Shown here one piece after another: positions 13,130 through 26,000 of a DNA stretch of 64,000 nucleotides. The DNA lies in the NCBI GenBank assembly GCA_964188305.1, contig OZ076889.1; one strand, given 5' to 3'. The notes beneath the pieces were generated by a model. It had not been told where the DNA came from and made no database searches. It saw only the letters and a list, made by a program, of their open reading frames with translations. The number at the start of each line of letters is the position of its first letter. The stretch's first letter is position 1. The DNA comes from Podarcis bocagei. Taxonomy: Eukaryota. The position numbers and the translations under genes were made by a program.

Positions 13130-14917
13130 TGAACATCCTTAGCTTGTCAACATCCTTCGTTCTTGAAGTTCCATTGGACGTAGGAGAACTACACTAGTCT
13201 AGACAGCCACTGTGGATTCCCTTGCAGATGCAAACTAGGTTGCCAGCTCCATCCTACCACTTGCGTTTCTGTATCTAAACCTCTGGCCACCACGTTCAAA
13301 GCAGAAGGAACTGGTGCATGTTGGGTAGGTGGGTGGTCTGACATCTTTGTGTTTCAGAGTTGATGTATTAAAACACAGAGCCAAATTGCAATATTTTTTT
13401 GACACAGGAGCAAGAAAATCCAATGCTAAATGTGGTAAATGTTAGAAAATTTCAGACTTGGAAAGAGTTAAATGCATTACTTGGAACTTGATATATAAAT
13501 TATGGCTAAAGCAGGATATGGGCTGGGGCACTTGATTATTCTTTTATCGATAAATAAGAGTGGCATACAGTTAATTTCAGCACTGTAATTGAGCAGTGCA
13601 TTCTGGGAAGCTGAAAAGCACTGTAAGATGAGGAAATGTTTTAGAGACTAATCATGAGAAGAAAGAAGCCTTTCATAGCCCATATGATGCTGTTGTCAGA
13701 ACTAAAGGCAGATAATGATTCCATAATAATGGCACATTGTGAATATTTAAGCTGGAAAGATTGGGACAAAATGAGCAGACATTGTTAGTCTGAAAAACTG
13801 AACAGTTGGGTCTTTGGGTTTCAGGAACTTGCAAAACTTACATGGAAACATTTTGCTCTAAAAAGTTTAAATATAAAGGCAGACAACATTTATCTGAGAC
13901 TTATACCAAGAATAGGGTGACACATAAAGTTTGGACATGGCCTCTTAGTTTGTATTTTCCCATTCTGCGCATGATAGTCATGAGCTTTAAACATTACACA
14001 GTGTCTTTTAAAAAAAACCAAAAAACAGTGTTAGCCATGATCTACAATATTGAATATACAGTAGAGACTATCATATTGCAAATAAGTGGACTAATTTGCA
14101 TATATCCCCAAGGACATCATGAATCCTATAAAGAACCCTACAGCTGGATTATAGATGTTGTCTTTGTTCTTCATTAGTGAAGTTGAGCTTTCTTTCTTTA
14201 AACATAAGTTAAATATAGTTTCACGGCTTTTCATATGTTTGGGAATGTTACCAAGAACCTTGGCCTCTGCAACCTTATTTAATTTCAGAGCCAATGGCAA
14301 AAATTTAGGGATACATTCTGTTTTCTTAAGTAACAAACACATGCTGGTTTCAACTAGCATTGGATTTGTCAAGCCCGGTGCAGATTTGGACAGATACCCC
14401 ACAGATTGAATTCCTTTAGATAACCTTTTTTCTGTTTAGATGGCACAGCTTGGAAGTAGAGAGTAAAAAAAAACTCCCACTCAATATAATTGGGTTAATT
14501 CTGTGACAATAATTAGCTCCTTATGAAGTTTATATTTGCTCAAACATGTTTACATTTATTTTGTCCAATGGCATAAATAAACAGTTCCAGATCTTATTTT
14601 TGTTTTGTTTTGTACCCCACAAAAACAATGGAATTGCATTCCTAACTGCTATTCTTTGAGGATACTTAATTTTTCAAAATACATTGATCCAGTATTTACA
14701 GTAAATAAAAATACTTCAAAACTAAAGGATTCCTCCCATTTTGAACAGATTTTTCTATTTGCAAGTACCAGAAGGTTTACAGTAATATTAATTTTGGATG
14801 CACATGGTTCACATCTCTGCTTACTGGGCTAGACCTTGTAGATTAATAATAAATATACTAATGTACACGTTCAGTTTCAAAAAGATTGTGGTTTTAGCTG
14901 GTATAAATTTGGCACAA

Positions 14918-15285
14918 GATATCCGGGTGGCGCTGTGGGTAAAACCTCAGTGCCTAGGACTTGCCGATCGTATGGTCGGCGGTTCGAATCCCCGCGGCGG
15001 GGTGAGCTCCCGCCGTTCGGTCCCAGCTCTTGCCCACCTAGCAGTTCGAAAGCACTCTTAAGTGCAAGTAGATAAATAGGTACCGCTTTATAGCGGGAAG
15101 GTAAACGGCGTTTCCGTGTGCTGCGGTGGTGCTGGCTTGCCAGAGCAGCTTCGTCACGCTGACCACGTGACCCGGAAGTGTCTTCGGACGGTGCCGGCTC
15201 ACGGCCTCTAGAGCAAGATGAGCACGCAACCCTAGAGTCGGACACGACTGGCCCGTACGGGCAGGGGTACCTTTACCTTTACCTT
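14918..15285 (+). mobile_element. Sauria SINE, full length (subfamily with gactggcccgtacgggcagggg 3' region)
   Basis: gggtggcgctgtggg head, B-box ggttcgaatcc, core gtgcaagtagataaataggtacc and an (ACCTTT)n tail; CpG-rich, so young. Confidence 0.95.
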
Positions 15286-15689
15286 ATGTGGTTTATTCAG
15301 CAACACATAAAGCATGGTACCCTACTTCTCTTACAGTAGGCATCTTGAAATAATGTACCACATTGCATTCACCAAATGCATTTTTTTAAGAAGTTGAGAG
15401 CTTCCTTTGGCTCGAGACATGGGCTAGGCCAGGTCTGTATATCTTAACAGGCAAATTCCGCCTTTTCCAGCATATATACTAGCCAACAGGAGGCTCAATA
15501 GACCTCCTGGTTTTGCAGCCATAAAAATAGTCGGGTAAGTTATGCACCTGACAGGCCACCATACATGGTTTGATGTGGCAAGAGTTGTGGAGTTTTTGGC
15601 TGGGGGGAAGAGCAAATAATATTATATTTCTTGCTTTAAGATGAATACCTAGGTATTAACAAAGATCCTGCAAAAAATGAGGGAATTTC

Positions 15690-16060
15690 TCCTGAGCACA
15701 CCTACATTTTCACATAATATGAAACCAGGATTTAGTGTGACGTGCACAAGCCACTGTGTGTACTCTGCTCCACTTTCCTACTCTTGCATGGTTGAGAGGA
15801 GGAGGACGGAAACTTTTATTCTGTTTCCCTGAAACATGGCTTGTAGTCCGAACAGTGTATCATGTTTTAACACTAACTGTGGATAGATTTAAAACAAGTC
15901 CACTTCAAACCATTATTTATGAAGTTTTCTTCTTTAAACTAACCATAGTTCTTGTAAACCATGACCCCCAGTTTGGATAAAACAGCAAGCCACAAGTTTC
16001 AAAGTCCTCCTTTCCATCATGTAGGCGGAAGGCGTGGAGAGCATGCAAGATTCGCTTCAG
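15690..16060. mobile_element. Old, degenerate inverted-repeat-type DNA transposon remnant (unclassified)
   Basis: Degenerate self-complementarity (gaggaggaggacggaaact vs agtttcaaagtcctcct; aaaccat motifs). Similar pieces occur near 7990-8170 and 60860-61040. Confidence 0.35.
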
Positions 16061-16211
16061 CTTGTGTTCATCACAATAAATAGTCATTTAGTGCGGTATG
16101 CAAATGCAACCCATAGAACGGAAGGTATAGTGGGAACTCAGCCAATGTACGGAAGGGGAAAGTGGGAGCAGAGGATAGATCTGCCTGATCTATCCTAATC
16201 ATGATAATATA

Positions 16212-17022
16212 CAGTGGTGCCTCGCAAGACGAAATTAATTCGTTCCGCAAGTCTCTTCGTCTTGCGGTTTTTTCGTCTTGCGATGCACGGTTTCCCATAG
16301 GAATGCATTGAAAATCAATTAATGCGTTCCTAGGGAAACCGCCTTCAGACCAGGTCCGGGGACAGTCTGTCCCCGGACCTCTTCTGAAGGCTGGGGGGGG
16401 GGGACAAGGGCTTTTCTTCCCACCCCCAGCATTTTAAAAAACCCTGGGACAGCGGAGGACTTCTCCGCTGTCCGGGGCGATCTTAAAATGCTGGCGGGCG
16501 GCATTTTAAAATCGCCCCGGACAGCGGAGGACTTCTCCGCTGTCCGGGGCGATTTAAAAGCCCCTGGGAAGGCAGGCAGGGGGGACAAAGACTTTCGCCC
16601 CCTGCCCGCCTTCAGAAGGTGTCCCCGCCCCCCGCCCCGCTTCGGAACAGCGTTCCGAAGTGGGGCGGCTGGGGCAGGTGTTCCCCCGAGCGCTTCTAAA
16701 GGCGGGCGGCGGTGAGGGAATCCCTTGGCCCCCCGCCGGACTTAAAAAGAGCTTCGGGAAGTCCCGCGGGGGGCCAAGGGATTCCCTCTCAGCCGCCCGC
16801 ATTTAAAAGCACTCCGGGGAAAGCAGCGAAGTGCGCTGCTTTCCCCGAGCGCTTCTAAATGCGCTGCGCTTCCCCGCTGTCCCAGAGATTTCCCTATGGG
16901 CTTTCGTCTTGCGAAGCAAGCCCATAGGGAAATTCGTTTTGCGAAGCGCCTCCAAAACGGAAAACCCTTTCGTCTAGCGGGTTTTCCGTCTTGCGAGGCG
17001 TTCGTCTTGCGGGGCACCACTG
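16212..17022 (+). mobile_element. Tigger/pogo-like MITE, family B long form (811 bp) with internal hairpin array
   Basis: TA|CAGTGGTGCCTCGCAAGACGAA...TTCGTCTTGCGGGGCACCACTG|TA; GC/CpG-rich interior made of consecutive inverted repeats; no transposase ORF. Confidence 0.92.
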
Positions 17023-17829
17023 TACAAAGTGAGGGGCCAGAAGAAGAACTGGCCTCTAAGTATGCTGCCAGTTATCTGTGCAGCTGGACATGATCAAAGA
17101 TTTATAATTCAGAGATGCTAACAGATTAAAGCTGCAGCTTTTGTGATATTTTCTATACCAGTAGATTTACTTCCAAGAAAATATGACTGGACTGGTAAAA
17201 TTTCACTAAGCTTCTTTAAAAGTGTTTTTCTTGGGGGGGGGCAGGAACTGCCCACTCTTTTTTGAGTACATGTTGGTTTTATAATAATTTTATAGGTTTA
17301 GTTTACATCAGGATGTTCAGATATTCCTGTGGTCTATTTGGCACAAATACCATATTTTCTTGAATGGAAAAGGCTGTGCAACCTCTGAACAGAAAACAAA
17401 AATGCCCACTGAGGAATGGTTCCCCGGATGTGGTTCAAGAGGAACTGAATCTAAAAATGAACAGAGTCATACTTCTTTAATACTTGCACTCCTTAGCACT
17501 GCACAGAAACAGCTTGCCTGTTGCGGTGGGTAGGAGTCCTCCTGACAAGTAAATCGTCTGACGAGTAAACCTATCCTGCCACTTAACCAGAGCCCTTTCT
17601 CACACATTTTTCACGTGTCTCTTGCAATGTGGAAAGAAAGCCCAGAAATACCACTGTGGGAACTTATTGGGACAAAGAAGGTTTGAGTAGAGAATAGGAA
17701 GAAAAACATCCTGTGGGTAGAATGGTTGGATTAGTTCATGCCACGACATGCCCGCTTCACATCATTTATCACAGCTAGTAAAAAAAGGGGGGGAAAGTTT
17801 AGATAATTTGTTGCCCAGCTGTTTAGCAG

Positions 17830-18990
17830 TGAATTGCTCATTCTTATGCAGACTATTTTCCTTTACTTTTAAACTAGGTGTAATGGGTTTAAATGACTGC
17901 CTGAGGTCAATAATGACCTGGATGAGAGTGAATGAATTGATATCCAGTTCAAATAACACACGATGAATGTTACTAGACTTGGGAAGCAGTATAAATGATT
18001 GATTGGGGTCGTATCACATCCTTCCCACAAGTGCAGGTTTGGTGTTTGGTAGTGCAGCTGGATCAAGCCCTTCTCTGGATTTAGTCAGTGGGAGCATATA
18101 ATACTAATCTTGCCAGAACCCCACTGGTTAAGAATTCCCAGACCTGGGAATAGTGCTTCAACCTATTTGTAATTGGTTTGTGCTTCCCTTGAAGGCTCAG
18201 ATTTGCGGTTTGGATGGATCCAACGATGGGACCAGATATCTAGGTGGCAGGGGTTACCAGATCTTTGTGTGGCTCAGGTTTGTGTGCCAACTCTGTTCAT
18301 TCTGGACGTGTTAGATCTGGTGGTGATAATGCCTTAGTTCCATCTTGTTTGATATGTGGAGCTGTCTCTAAAAAGTGTTCAGAAACTTCAGCTGGTTAAA
18401 CATGCTACAGCCACACTGGAGCCAGCTGTTAGAAACATACTACCTACCTGCCCCACCTACCACCATTAAAACATTTTCACCAGTCCATTTCTGGGCACAG
18501 TTGAAGGTGCTGATTAAAACCTTAAATAACTGAGGCTCAATGTAGCTAAATAACTCCCTTCTCCCATACGAACCTGTCTGGTTTCCAGGAAACTCCTTAT
18601 TTCTGCCTTTCCAGTGTCTGTTACTTGCCTGAAATGTCGTTTTTAGAGAAACCCATCTAGCCCCTTCATTAATGAACTTCTGCCAATGGTCAAAGACCTT
18701 TCTTTGTTTTAAAATGTCTTTACTTGCCTAAGATCCAGGACAATATGCCGCCTTTCGGAAATTCCACCCCAGACATCAATTCCACCATTGCAATCTCAAT
18801 AGTGTCTGGGAAAATCCGGACATACGGCAGACTGTTGCTCTGTTTTCTTGTTCTGTTATACCGGATTGGTTTTATATGCTCTTGTACTGTATTCTATGTA
18901 GTGTTTTTAATTTAGTCTTCTGAGGATCTGTTTTTGTACTGTTGTAAGCCACCTTGATTTCTAATGCGGAAAGCTTAAGAATGAATCAAC
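17830..18990 (+). mobile_element. Fragmented old L2 LINE with small DNA-transposon remnants inside
   Basis: WMRVNEL-type RT-downstream segment (17919-17940), cagaaacttcagctggt (KLQLV), ccagtccatttctgggcacagttgaaggtgctg (LHWLP/FKVL region) and the 3' terminus gttgtaagccaccttg...gcgg. Confidence 0.55.
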
Positions 18991-21120
18991 ATTTTGAGAA
19001 CACATTCAAGGTGCTAGTTCTTACCTCTTAAAACCCTATATAGATTTGGTCTAGATTACCAGAGTGAATGCCATATGTGAGTGCCTTTTGCCATATGTAC
19101 TACTTCATGTGCTAAATGCATCAATATGGTTTTCTTGCAGGTGCTTCTTGTGTTGTCGGCATGATTGTTTAATAGAACTTTATTGACTCATCCTGAGATT
19201 TGCTGAATCTTAAGAGCTTTGGCCGGCCAGGTGTGCCATTAAGACTTCTTTTATTATAGTCTATTAATTTACTTTTGTCATCTGTGATGTCATATATCAA
19301 TTTTCCCTGCTGGACTTTTATTGTTGTTTTTTTAATAAATACATTGTTCTTGATTTACTGCTTTTTATTTTCTGCTTTGAGAATATTCAGCTGAAGAGTG
19401 GATTACAAACCCTGTCATTTAAAAAAAATTGATGTAGATGCAGTCCCAGTGTCTTTAGAATTGGTTTGTTTTTGGCTTTAATGTAAAATTCCTGTTATGG
19501 AGCCTAACGTTGAATAAAGTGAGTAAACTGGAGAAAGGGTGGTGACCCGAGGAGCAAAAAAATATAATTTTTTTAAACCCTGTGAAATATTTCAGCATTT
19601 CTTTTTGAGGAAAAATAAAAGAGCAAAATCATTCATATTTTAGGGGAAAGTTTCTTTTAAAACCTGTATGCCTAATGCTCTGAATGAAATGCCTGCTCAA
19701 GAGTCTAGGAAAGGTTCTTGGGAAGAGCAAAACAATCCAAGCCATATGTATTGGGCAGTTTGCCAATATGCCTAAGCCACCTGGCTATATGCGCAGCCAA
19801 GTATGCCGCTCTGACTAGCCAGCTTTAACCTTCAGGCAGCTTTCTTTTTTTTAGCTCTTAGAAAGCTCTAAAGACCTCCTCATTGCATCCCACATCTCCA
19901 CTGCCAGTAGTTTGTGCACAGACAGGCTCTGTAGTTTATACTAGCCAGACAGCTCTCAGCACCCATTCTGAATGTGTTTCTTTTGTCTGGAGAGCAGTTC
20001 AGTCGTGTTGAACCAGGGCCATAATATGAGTGTGGGGATAGCAGACTGAAACCTTTACCCATATGCCGCTGTGTTATTCCCAAGACTGTAGGGACTCTAT
20101 TTTGTAAGTAGATCCTATCAAACATTTTTGTTTGCCTCTTTTATTATAGAACATTTGCATGCATGTTCTGCAAGTACTAAACTAGTTAGATGTAGCTTAG
20201 GTATTTATGCATGGATGCCTTATTGATGCTAACTTTTTGGCATTTATTTTTGAATTAGGAGACCAATAAAGGGACTGAGAGAAAAATCCAGTTCAGCAAT
20301 TATTTGATAAAATGCAGCTATGATTAATGTTGAAACAAGTAGGAGTAATAGTTATCGTTGTGTAGGAAGTTACATAATGCAACTCTGCAAAATAATTTGT
20401 AGACTGTATCTTTCTAATCCCGGAAGCAGTGCCATGAAATAAGATCACTTTTACCCATTTTGTTGATGGGAAATGGAAGTTGAATGTTGGGAGCACACTT
20501 ACCGGTATGTGTTGTCAGGTAGTAAATTTTTTGCTCATCTGGGATTTCTCCTGCATCTCCAGAGTCCAACTCACTCTTTCCCTAACAATAAACAAAATCT
20601 TAGGTGGGTTTTCTCTTTCTAAGGGTGTCTTAATTTATGGTCCTTAACTGTAAGACAAACAGAAATGGAGCCATGGAGTTTCTCCCCAATAGCAGTAATC
20701 ATCACATAAGTACCTACTGAATGAATGACTTTACAGGTTATGCTTCCTTTTGCAAACAATTGCCCTTGTTAAGAACTGAGGCTTGAAGTGAGCAACTGAC
20801 CACAAAAACTGGGCCTGGCTTGCTTATGTGCCTTTAACAGCAGCTTGAAATGCTGAAATCATCAGCTGAAGCTTTTCACACTGTGGAGATAAGAATCATG
20901 ACCTGCTAATATGCATGGATGAATCTGCTTTTAAAGGCACACCTAAAAAGGCTAGACAAAAAGTTAGCAACATTGCTTGAATTTGCGGTTTTAGGATGAA
21001 AGCACCAATCAATGTTTGCATGACACAGAATGTCCTGCCACTCACTCACTAATGCCTGACTCACCCGTATGCTTTTACAATCATACCAAAGTAATTATGG
21101 TCCACTCCTCCCTCATGAAT

Positions 21121-21472
21121 GGGATGCAGGTGGCGCTGTGGGTTAAACCACAGAGCCTAGGGCTTGCCAATCAGAAGGTCGGCGGTTCGAATCCCCGCGA
21201 TGGGGTGAGCTCCTGTTGCTCGGTCCCAGCTCCTGCCAACCCAGCAGTTCGAAAGCACATCAAAGTGCAAGTAGATAAATAGGTACCACTCCGGCGGGAA
21301 GGTAAACGGCATTTTTGTGTCCTGCTCTGGTTCGCCAGAAGCAGTTTAGTCATGCTGGCCACATGACCCGGAAGCTGTACACCAGCTCCCTCGGCCAGTA
21401 AAGTGAGATGAGCGCCGCAACCCCAGAGTCGTCCGCAACTGGACCTAATAGTCAGGGGTCCCTTTACCTTTT
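21121..21472 (+). mobile_element. Sauria SINE, full length (ggacctaat subfamily)
   Basis: gggatgcaggtggcgctgtggg head, B-box ggttcgaatcc and cctttacctttt tail; probable TSD ctccctcatga (21108-21118) / ctctctcatga (21475-21485). Confidence 0.95.
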
Positions 21473-21915
21473 ATCTCTCTCATGAGAAAAGATGGCTAAT
21501 GTGCACAAGATTATTGGAGTCTTGTATATATACGTAGCTGGAAGTAGGTTGTCACTTTTTTATGGACAGAGAAGTGTCAGTGTATTTTAAGCCATATTCT
21601 CACATTTCTTGCATGAAGAGGGTAAGCATAGATACAGGAGCTGTGAGGCCCAACCTCCCAGAGGCACACAGCTTCTCCTGTTCCTGCCATCACCTTCTTT
21701 TCCATAATTTCTGCAGCAGGAAGATTGCTTTACAGATTGGTGGTCCCTGCACAATGTAGGCCTCTTGGGTCTTTCTATATCATGTGGGGAGCCTGCATGC
21801 ATAGATCAGGCTCCTACTTCAGAAATTATGACAAACATGGCAACGGCGGAGGCAGAGGAGAAAACTTTGGGGTGGGGTCTACTACATGGCCTCACAGCCC
21901 CTTTTGCTACATTTG

Positions 21916-22122
21916 CAGTGGTACCTCAAGTTACAAACACGTCGGGTTACAAACTCCGCTAACCTCGAGTTGAGAACTTTGCCCCAGGATGAGAACAGAA
22001 ATCGTGTGCCGGCGGCGGAGCGGCAGCAAGAGGCCGCTTTAGTGAAAGCACGCCTGTAAGTTAAGAAGAGGTTAAGAACGGACCTCCGGAACGAATTAAG
22101 TTCGTAACTAGAGGTACCACTG
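21916..22122 (-). mobile_element. Tigger/pogo-like MITE, family A, with atypical TG/CA flanks
   Basis: CAGTGGTACCTC...GAGGTACCACTG TIRs; the reverse complement is colinear with 63058-63298 apart from internal deletions. Confidence 0.88.
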
Positions 22123-22171
22123 CACTTCCTTTACATACGAAACATGTGAAGAGGGCTTTAATATCAGCACT

Positions 22172-22423
22172 TGTTGCTGTTGTTTAGTCGTTTAGTCGTG
22201 TCCGACTCTTTGTGACCCCATGGACCAGAGCACGCCAGGCACTCCTGTCTTCCACTGCCTCCCACAGTTTGGTCAAACTCATGCTGGTAGCTTGAGAACA
22301 CTATCCAACCATCTTGTCCTCTGTCGTTCCCTTCTCCTTGTGCCCTCCATCTTTCCCAACATCAGGGTCTTTTCCAGGGACTCTTCTCTTCTCATGAGGT
22401 GGCTAAAGTATTGGAGCCTCAGC
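22172..22423 (-). mobile_element. BovB/RTE LINE 5'-truncated 3' fragment
   Basis: Minus-strand peptide LRLQYFSHLMRREESLEKTLMLGKMEGTRRRERQRTRWLDSV is the RTE/BovB ORF C-terminus. The 3' end reads gggtcacaaagagtcggacacgactaaacgactaaacaacagcaac; 12-bp TSD AATATCAGCACT at 22160-22171 and 22429-22440. Confidence 0.93.
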
Positions 22424-23000
22424 ACTAGAATATCAGCACTAGAATAGATAACAGTTTCTTCATCATTGGCTCGCCACTGCTGGAGGAAACTCTGACTGTT
22501 GATTTCTGCACAGTAGTTCAATGAGCTTCTGTCCATTCAAAAGTGACAACTCAAGGTTAGTTGTCATGTCCTGCTGCAGGATTAATAAAGCATTTTGCAA
22601 GTAGATCCTAGCAAATAATTTTGTTTTGCCCCTGTCCTTTTGAAATAAATGCATGCAGTTTTGATATACTTGTCAACCTGATAGGGATGGGTAGGTTCCC
22701 TCTCTCTCCCTAATAAAAGGTGCATTTTGTCATAAACCAGCAAATGCTAAATTTGTAAATCTCTTTTCCTGTATCTCGTAATTAACCTTTTCCTTTTCTC
22801 AGTATTCTGTTTGCTGTGAAATGGACATTTTTCACTCAGTGTCTGTTTCATTTCAGCCAGTTAATGGTGCAACAATATTCAGCCAGAGTCCCACCAATTG
22901 TCTCTGTCAAAATTATGTACAATGTAACTCTCCCAGTATAAGCAGGGACAAGGGGTGTGATTTCCTTTTTCAGAATACTATCAAGTGGAACACACAGAAA

Positions 23001-23003
<3 letters not shown>

Positions 23004-23053
<50 letters not shown>

Positions 23054-23054
23054 T
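23004..23054. repeat. Compound (TC)n(TG)n microsatellite
   Basis: Read directly. Confidence 0.95.
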
Positions 23055-26000
23055 AGGTATGATATTCAGGTTGTTATATCAGGGAATTTTTGAAAATGAA
23101 GCTGGTTAGCTGTGCTCTAAACATATGGCACAGTTTGACAAACAGATTGATGAAGAAACCAATTCTGATTTTACTTTGGGGTCAATTCACTAGTGAGTAT
23201 TAAGTAATGCAAAAAATTCTTTTAAAAATTATGAGTTGTCTTCAGCCAGATTTTCTCTGCTTTAACCTAAGGATTCCTTTCTGTGTGCATTGATATACAT
23301 TTTATATTTAAAGTACACAAATGGTCAGTTAAAGTAGTGGCTCTGCTGGCATTAGTTTTTGGGTTCCAGATTGCTTTCATTTGTATTGTGGGTTAGGTAG
23401 CTCTCCATTTTACATGTCTCTCCAGCTGCAGATAGGGACTGGGCTTTAGTCTTAATAACTTGATTTCCAGATTTGAAAATTAGATAAACTGCTAACTATG
23501 TCACCTAGGTTTGCTTCAGTTAACTTTGAATTAGTTTTAAAACTTTGTAACTTGATTCAGAGAACCGTACAATGGTTACACACAAGCACATAATAGCAGA
23601 GTTTTGAAATTAAAATCCACTTTAGGAAGGGGCCAATTTATAACATAGAAGTGTCAGCTAAAGGTTGCTGAACCCTTCACATGTCCACTGCTACACTTCA
23701 AATCAGCTCTTGAAACTGCTTTTCTTTCCTTCTGCATTTTCTAATTGTGTGTTTCCAAACATCTAAATGCATCACTGTGTTTTGGCTAGGAATTACTTCA
23801 TAAATTGGTGGTGGTGGGGTGTCAAAAAAGGCCAAACAGAGCCTATCACCTCTGTCTTGCTTCCCATACTTCAAGAATGCAATTCACCAGTAGCAAGCAT
23901 TAGCACATAACACCATGTATATCATTACAGCTTCAACTTGTCGTTGTGTCAATTAACAACAAATTTTCTGCAATATTTAGTGTAGAAAACTTGCAGCCCT
24001 CCCCATGTGTGATACACAGGTCTATATTGCATTTAAAATAATTGTTTCCCAGAACTGAGCATTTTGTTATACAATTAATATGTAGAATAGTAGGAACTTG
24101 AAATATGAGTTATAGAAAGAGAGCAACAACACAGTGTAGCTATTGAGGAAGATTTCAGCCAAGTAAGTGGTTTTGAGCGTTTTTGTGCACTAGAATAATG
24201 GCATTATTTAAGTTCAGGGTTTGCTAACAAACAAAATCTAGCATGTTATTGTTAAAATTCTGATGCCTCAACGTATTTTTTGTTAGAGATACTTATTCAA
24301 AAGGTTATCTGTTTAGGTTTCCTCAAAATGCTGTGCTAACAGTGTATAAAATATGTACAAGGATTTACACTCACACCATACTCTGTAGAAATGGAGGGGG
24401 GGAATGTTTCTCTAGTGGTGTAGCATAGGACTCTGAATCTTTCCTGGATTTTGAACACTGGCCAAGCTGTTTCAAAATCAGATATCAAAACATTAGGATA
24501 CAAATGCATTTTAATTTGTTCTTGAATTATGAAGGAATAAAGATCAGCAGTATTTTATTTCTCGTTGTCTCTCTGATCTTTTGATGGAAGGATGCCTTAG
24601 TTAAGCTTTCATAAATATTTGTATATAATTATTAACCCTACAGCTCTGCCTCCTTTTCCATTTAAAACCCACTCCCAGCCACTTACTTTTTATAAAGAAA
24701 GAGGGAATGGCTGCACCCATGGAATGAATCCTGAGCCCCCCTTGTAGGGGATTGCTGAGTGCCCACCTACCCAATCCTCCCCAGCTGTCATTGCTGCACC
24801 AATGTTGGAGCTGGGCAATGTCCACCATCAGAACTATAGGATTAAGTGTCCCTTTCAGCCAGTCTTGTCAGTCTCCTATCCATCCCTGTAAATGTCCCAA
24901 AGAACTGTTTGAAATTTCAGGCTGCAGTCCTATACAATCCCATTGAACACAGTGACATGGGCATCATTAGTCTTTGTTGTTCTTAACTTCACCAGTTTCT
25001 CTCTTGTTTTAATGGTAGCAGTTTTATTTAAGCCTGTTGTTTAAACCTTCTTGAAGACTAGGATTCACATTTGTTTCTTAGAAATATTTTAACTACTGAC
25101 TTAGAAAAGTCAGTTATATGCAAATACCACTGAAACACAAATAGGTTATTTGTATTGTTTGGAAGTCCACCTACCTACGGTAAGGGAGCTTGTTTTGGGA
25201 TCTCGACAGATCACAGTGGAATTCACTGGCTAATCATTCCCCACTACAGAATATCTGCCTTCAGCTTGAATTATCTTATGCAGACATCCTGGCTAGCTGC
25301 AGTGCAAACTTCTGATGCCTTTAGCCTGAGAAGACCTGGGTTTGGCAGCCAATAAGTTAGAGACAAGGGTGGGGAAAAGAAATCCTATCTTTTCTGGGGC
25401 CTTTTCCTTCTTGGTTTCCCTTGTAAAAATCAATATATATGATCAATGGTTGGTTTTGAGTTGTTCACGACATGCTGAAGTATTTCAGATGTAAACGGTG
25501 AGTGTCTGGGTTTCAGACATTATAATGTGTCAAAGGAGCTTTGATAGCTGCTATAGTCATCCCAGATTACATTTTATTTCCAGTGACAGGCTTTGTAAGA
25601 TGAGAAGGGAAGAAATTCAACATTTCTAAGTACAGATCAATTTTACACTACTGCAATAGCTGAGGAGCAAATTTTTTGAGAAGCCAGTTCTGTTTAAACA
25701 GTTGAACGTACATTTAATTCAAAGGTGATGTGGTTTTCTCCATTTCCTTCACCCACCCATTTCAGCATAACATAAACATTATAGGGAAGCAAAAACCAGC
25801 AACACTTGGATAAAGGGAAATATCTATTAAAACAGTTGCTTCATTTACACACTGAGTAGCTGATATGGAAACATTAATTCTGGATAAATAGGAACACTGA
25901 GTACCAGCTTCAGACAATCTTGTTTTGTAGATAAACCCAAGTGGGAACCTCTGACAAAATGTTTTGTGGATTAAATAGCATCCCTTTAAGGCTTGATGAC

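Noticed and set aside
13806-14409. Cluster of overlapping 84-123-aa ORFs
   Set aside because: No recognisable homology; ORFs on both strands with no coding signature.
14918-15000. tRNA-like A/B boxes (also at 1884, 2035, 21121 and 58207)
   Set aside because: These are SINE heads, not complete cloverleaf tRNA genes.
16427-16560. Palindromic direct repeats superficially like a CRISPR array
   Set aside because: Only two copies, inside a TIR-bounded eukaryotic MITE, with no unique spacers or cas genes.
19120-19200. Strong-looking acceptor ggttttcttgcag|G (similar ones at ~22802 and ~36408)
   Set aside because: No matching donor or NFIA-like open frame; cryptic sites are common in long introns.
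19752-19766. Near-consensus NFI palindrome TGGGC-AGTTT-GCCAA (possible autoregulation)
   Set aside because: One mismatch and isolated; expected by chance in 64 kb without conservation data.
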